The notes below the pieces were generated by a model that did no database searches, was not told the DNA's origin, and was given only the letters and a program-made list of their open reading frames with translations. The position numbers were made by a program, and so were the translations under genes. Below, piece after piece: positions 61,691-64,000 of a DNA stretch of 64,000 bases. The stretch is from Ramazzottius varieornatus (taxonomy: Eukaryota > Animalia > Tardigrada). Location of the stretch: NCBI GenBank assembly GCA_001949185.1, contig BDGG01000011.1:827552-891551 (forward strand). The letters are read 5' to 3'. The first letter of the stretch is position 1; every line of letters starts with the position of its first letter.

Positions 61691-63328
61691 CTCTAAGGAA
61701 CTAATCAAACAGACGCCGGGAGGTGAACCGAGGTGCCGTTAGTGGTTTGATCTTGTTCAATTTAGAGCGATAGTTGAGAAGTGCTGTGCTTTGCTGGTGA
61801 GAGAACGCGCCGGCGCACGCCATAAGCGCTGAGGCCGGGCAGAGATTACTGCGCGGAGTATACGGTATAGGAACGACAACCGACACTTCCTTGTACCGAT
61901 TGGTTTTATTTGCCGCACTGTCAAGGCGATATGCGTCGCCTTTAATGTCATATCATTGCGCCGAAGATAGCAGCTGCCGCTTTGCGAATAGAAAATATTC
62001 GCTTTGCGTAGGAGGGTAAAGAGCAACAGAAGACGAGCCGCCCAAAAGACTTTGCGTAATCTTTGTGGGACCAAGTTCATCCTGTTGTAAATTGCAGAAC
62101 TGTGCTGGGGCAGAATTGGATGTTTGCGGTTTGGTGCGAAGCTGCGTTGCTTTTTAAGTTCCATCAGGGCTTGTTTGATCTTGAAATGTTTCAGGTCAGG
62201 CGCGGCCTTATTGCGAAAATTATGTAAGGAAGACAAACCATGGACGTAACTCAGGACCGACGAATATTCGAATTTGCGTTCATCAAGCTGCGCTATGTAC
62301 CGGTATAAACATACTGTATCGATGCTTTGCCGGTATTGCTTTGAGTTGGTGCTTTACACAGAAACGGTCAAAATCAATCCACTGACTCTTCCTCGTTCGT
62401 GCGGCGGCCAGTTCCAGATAGTTTATATTTTGCTGTAGGGAGTAATGGAGCGCTGTCGCTCTTATCATGTGGCGCATGAAGGGATGCGGAAGGGAGGTGG
62501 GCGCGGTGGTGTGGAACCAGAGGCCTGCAAGCCATTGCTTTTCCATAACGGCGCCGAGCCGCAAAATTAATCCACCATGGCAGCTCGTTTCTGAGCAGCT
62601 CTGTCAGACGAAGGTGGAAATGAGGCTGATCGAGTGTATTGGGCGCGTCAATGAAAATACGGGTAAATGTGCGAGCTCCATAAATTGCGCGAGATGCAAA
62701 AGTCATATGACCAACAATAATTTGCAACTTCCTTTTTGTCACTTTGCGTTTGAGATAATATTCGCTACAGATTGCCAGTAATTATTGCATTCTGTCTTCA
62801 GGTAATTCTATTTGCTGAAGGCTCGAGTCAATAATCAAACCGAGAAACTGCACGCGCTGCGTGGGAGAAATTATTTTGTCCCAGTTGACTGCGAAACCAA
62901 GACGGCCAATAAGGCAAAGCAAGTAATGATGTGCTGCTTGACAATGCTTTAAATCTCTGCCGATGACCAAGAAATCATCTAAATATGCCAAAATATTAAA
63001 ATCGGCTCTGCGCATGATGCGGACTATACACTGCGATATGCGGTTGAAAATGGATGGCGTGTGCTGTGCAATGCTAGAGGGCTGGGAAAATGCGGAGCGA
63101 TGCGAAGTCAACAAGAAAACAAATGCGAATCAATTTCAACAACTAGTGCAGCAGTTGATTTAGAAGCATGTCGTGTAAGGCTGCGGTGGAAAGGTACAGG
63201 GCAACGCCCATCAATCAAACCGAGATAACGAGAAATAGGCTATCAGAAAATAACATGGAGTCACACGTTATAAACAGATTTCCTCCGTGGAGAAATCTTT
63301 CTCTAAGGAACTAATGGAACAGACGCCG
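61691..63328 (-). mobile_element. Degenerate, internally deleted DIRS-order (tyrosine recombinase) retrotransposon
   Basis: Fragments of RT (AYLDDFLVIG...LGFAVNWDK...QFLGLIIDS), downstream connection region (IVGHMTFASRAI...ELPWW), integrase N-domain and YR start (FTLLRKANI). 28-bp direct repeat CTCTAAGGAACTAATnnAACAGACGCCG at 61691-61718 and 63301-63328. Confidence 0.8.
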
Positions 63329-64000
63329 ACATTTACAGTATCTGCTGTACTAGGCCGAGTTTGCGATCAAAGGGTTTGTGATCAAAGAATTTGACCAACA
63401 GTATGACTAGTTAAACATTATGTGCGCGCTGGACAGTTTTCGGGCGGGCAGCTAGACTCATGCGCATACGGCCAGTTCTTTGATATTCTACGATTCATGG
63501 CTAAATCGAGGGCTTTCGCACGTGGTTCTGACCACCGGAACGGCCGAGCGAGCGAGATTGTGACAGGCATAGAAAACTTTATTCCAGTATCCTAATGAGC
63601 CGGTAATAATAGGTTGTTGCCCCGGGTCAGCCCCATGTAACTCATCTCCTACAATCCTGTTCCCCCTTTGGTGTCAAACTGACACTGTCAATGCAGAGGC
63701 GGTGTGGCTCTTGGGCATGCGGGTGCGTTGTTGTTGGCGATCCCTGTGGACTGAGTGCGGCACTGATCGAGGTGCACGTGATAAGGACTACTATGTCACG
63801 TGGTACTGGTGGGGCGTTGCTGGCGTCCAAATTTCAACTGTTCGGAACTTCGGGTGAGTTTCAACGAAAGGTCCAGAAGAGGCATTTTTTGAACATGTTG
63901 GAGCGCTTGTTCGATCGATTGGCGCATTATTTTTCACTACTGTGTTTGCGATTAACGAAACAGTCGCCGTTTTGACGAAACATGGAGCTTTCCGACACCT

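Overview
Eukaryotic DNA from a compact, intron-rich animal genome; panarthropod-like, and a tardigrade is my guess (inference only). Spliced genes in order: 3' end of a Na+/K+-ATPase beta subunit (+), an orphan secreted protein (+), Rx (+), homeobrain (+), CFDP1/Yeti (-), UNC-45 (+), a Cys-rich/TM/PPxY membrane protein gene plus its pseudogenised tandem copy (+), SLC27/FATP (-), Spire (+), PEX10 (-), GGACT (-), an intact 7-exon, 874-aa telomerase reverse transcriptase apparently lacking the TEN domain (-), a double-chromodomain gene head-to-head with TERT (+), a P5B-ATPase (+), and a degenerate DIRS-type retroelement. Four MITEs with clear TSDs are present. The most unusual signals are: (1) about 36 copies of a palindromic element, AAGTGGCGCAC-N25-GTGCGCCACTT, found in longer introns and intergenic gaps, whose 25-nt spacer length was invariant in all six copies counted although its sequence drifts; (2) the TERT locus, flanked on both sides by highly base-paired segments with no convincing protein-coding ORF, which are candidates for structured ncRNA, possibly telomerase RNA. 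All gene models were spliced by eye and no database search was run.
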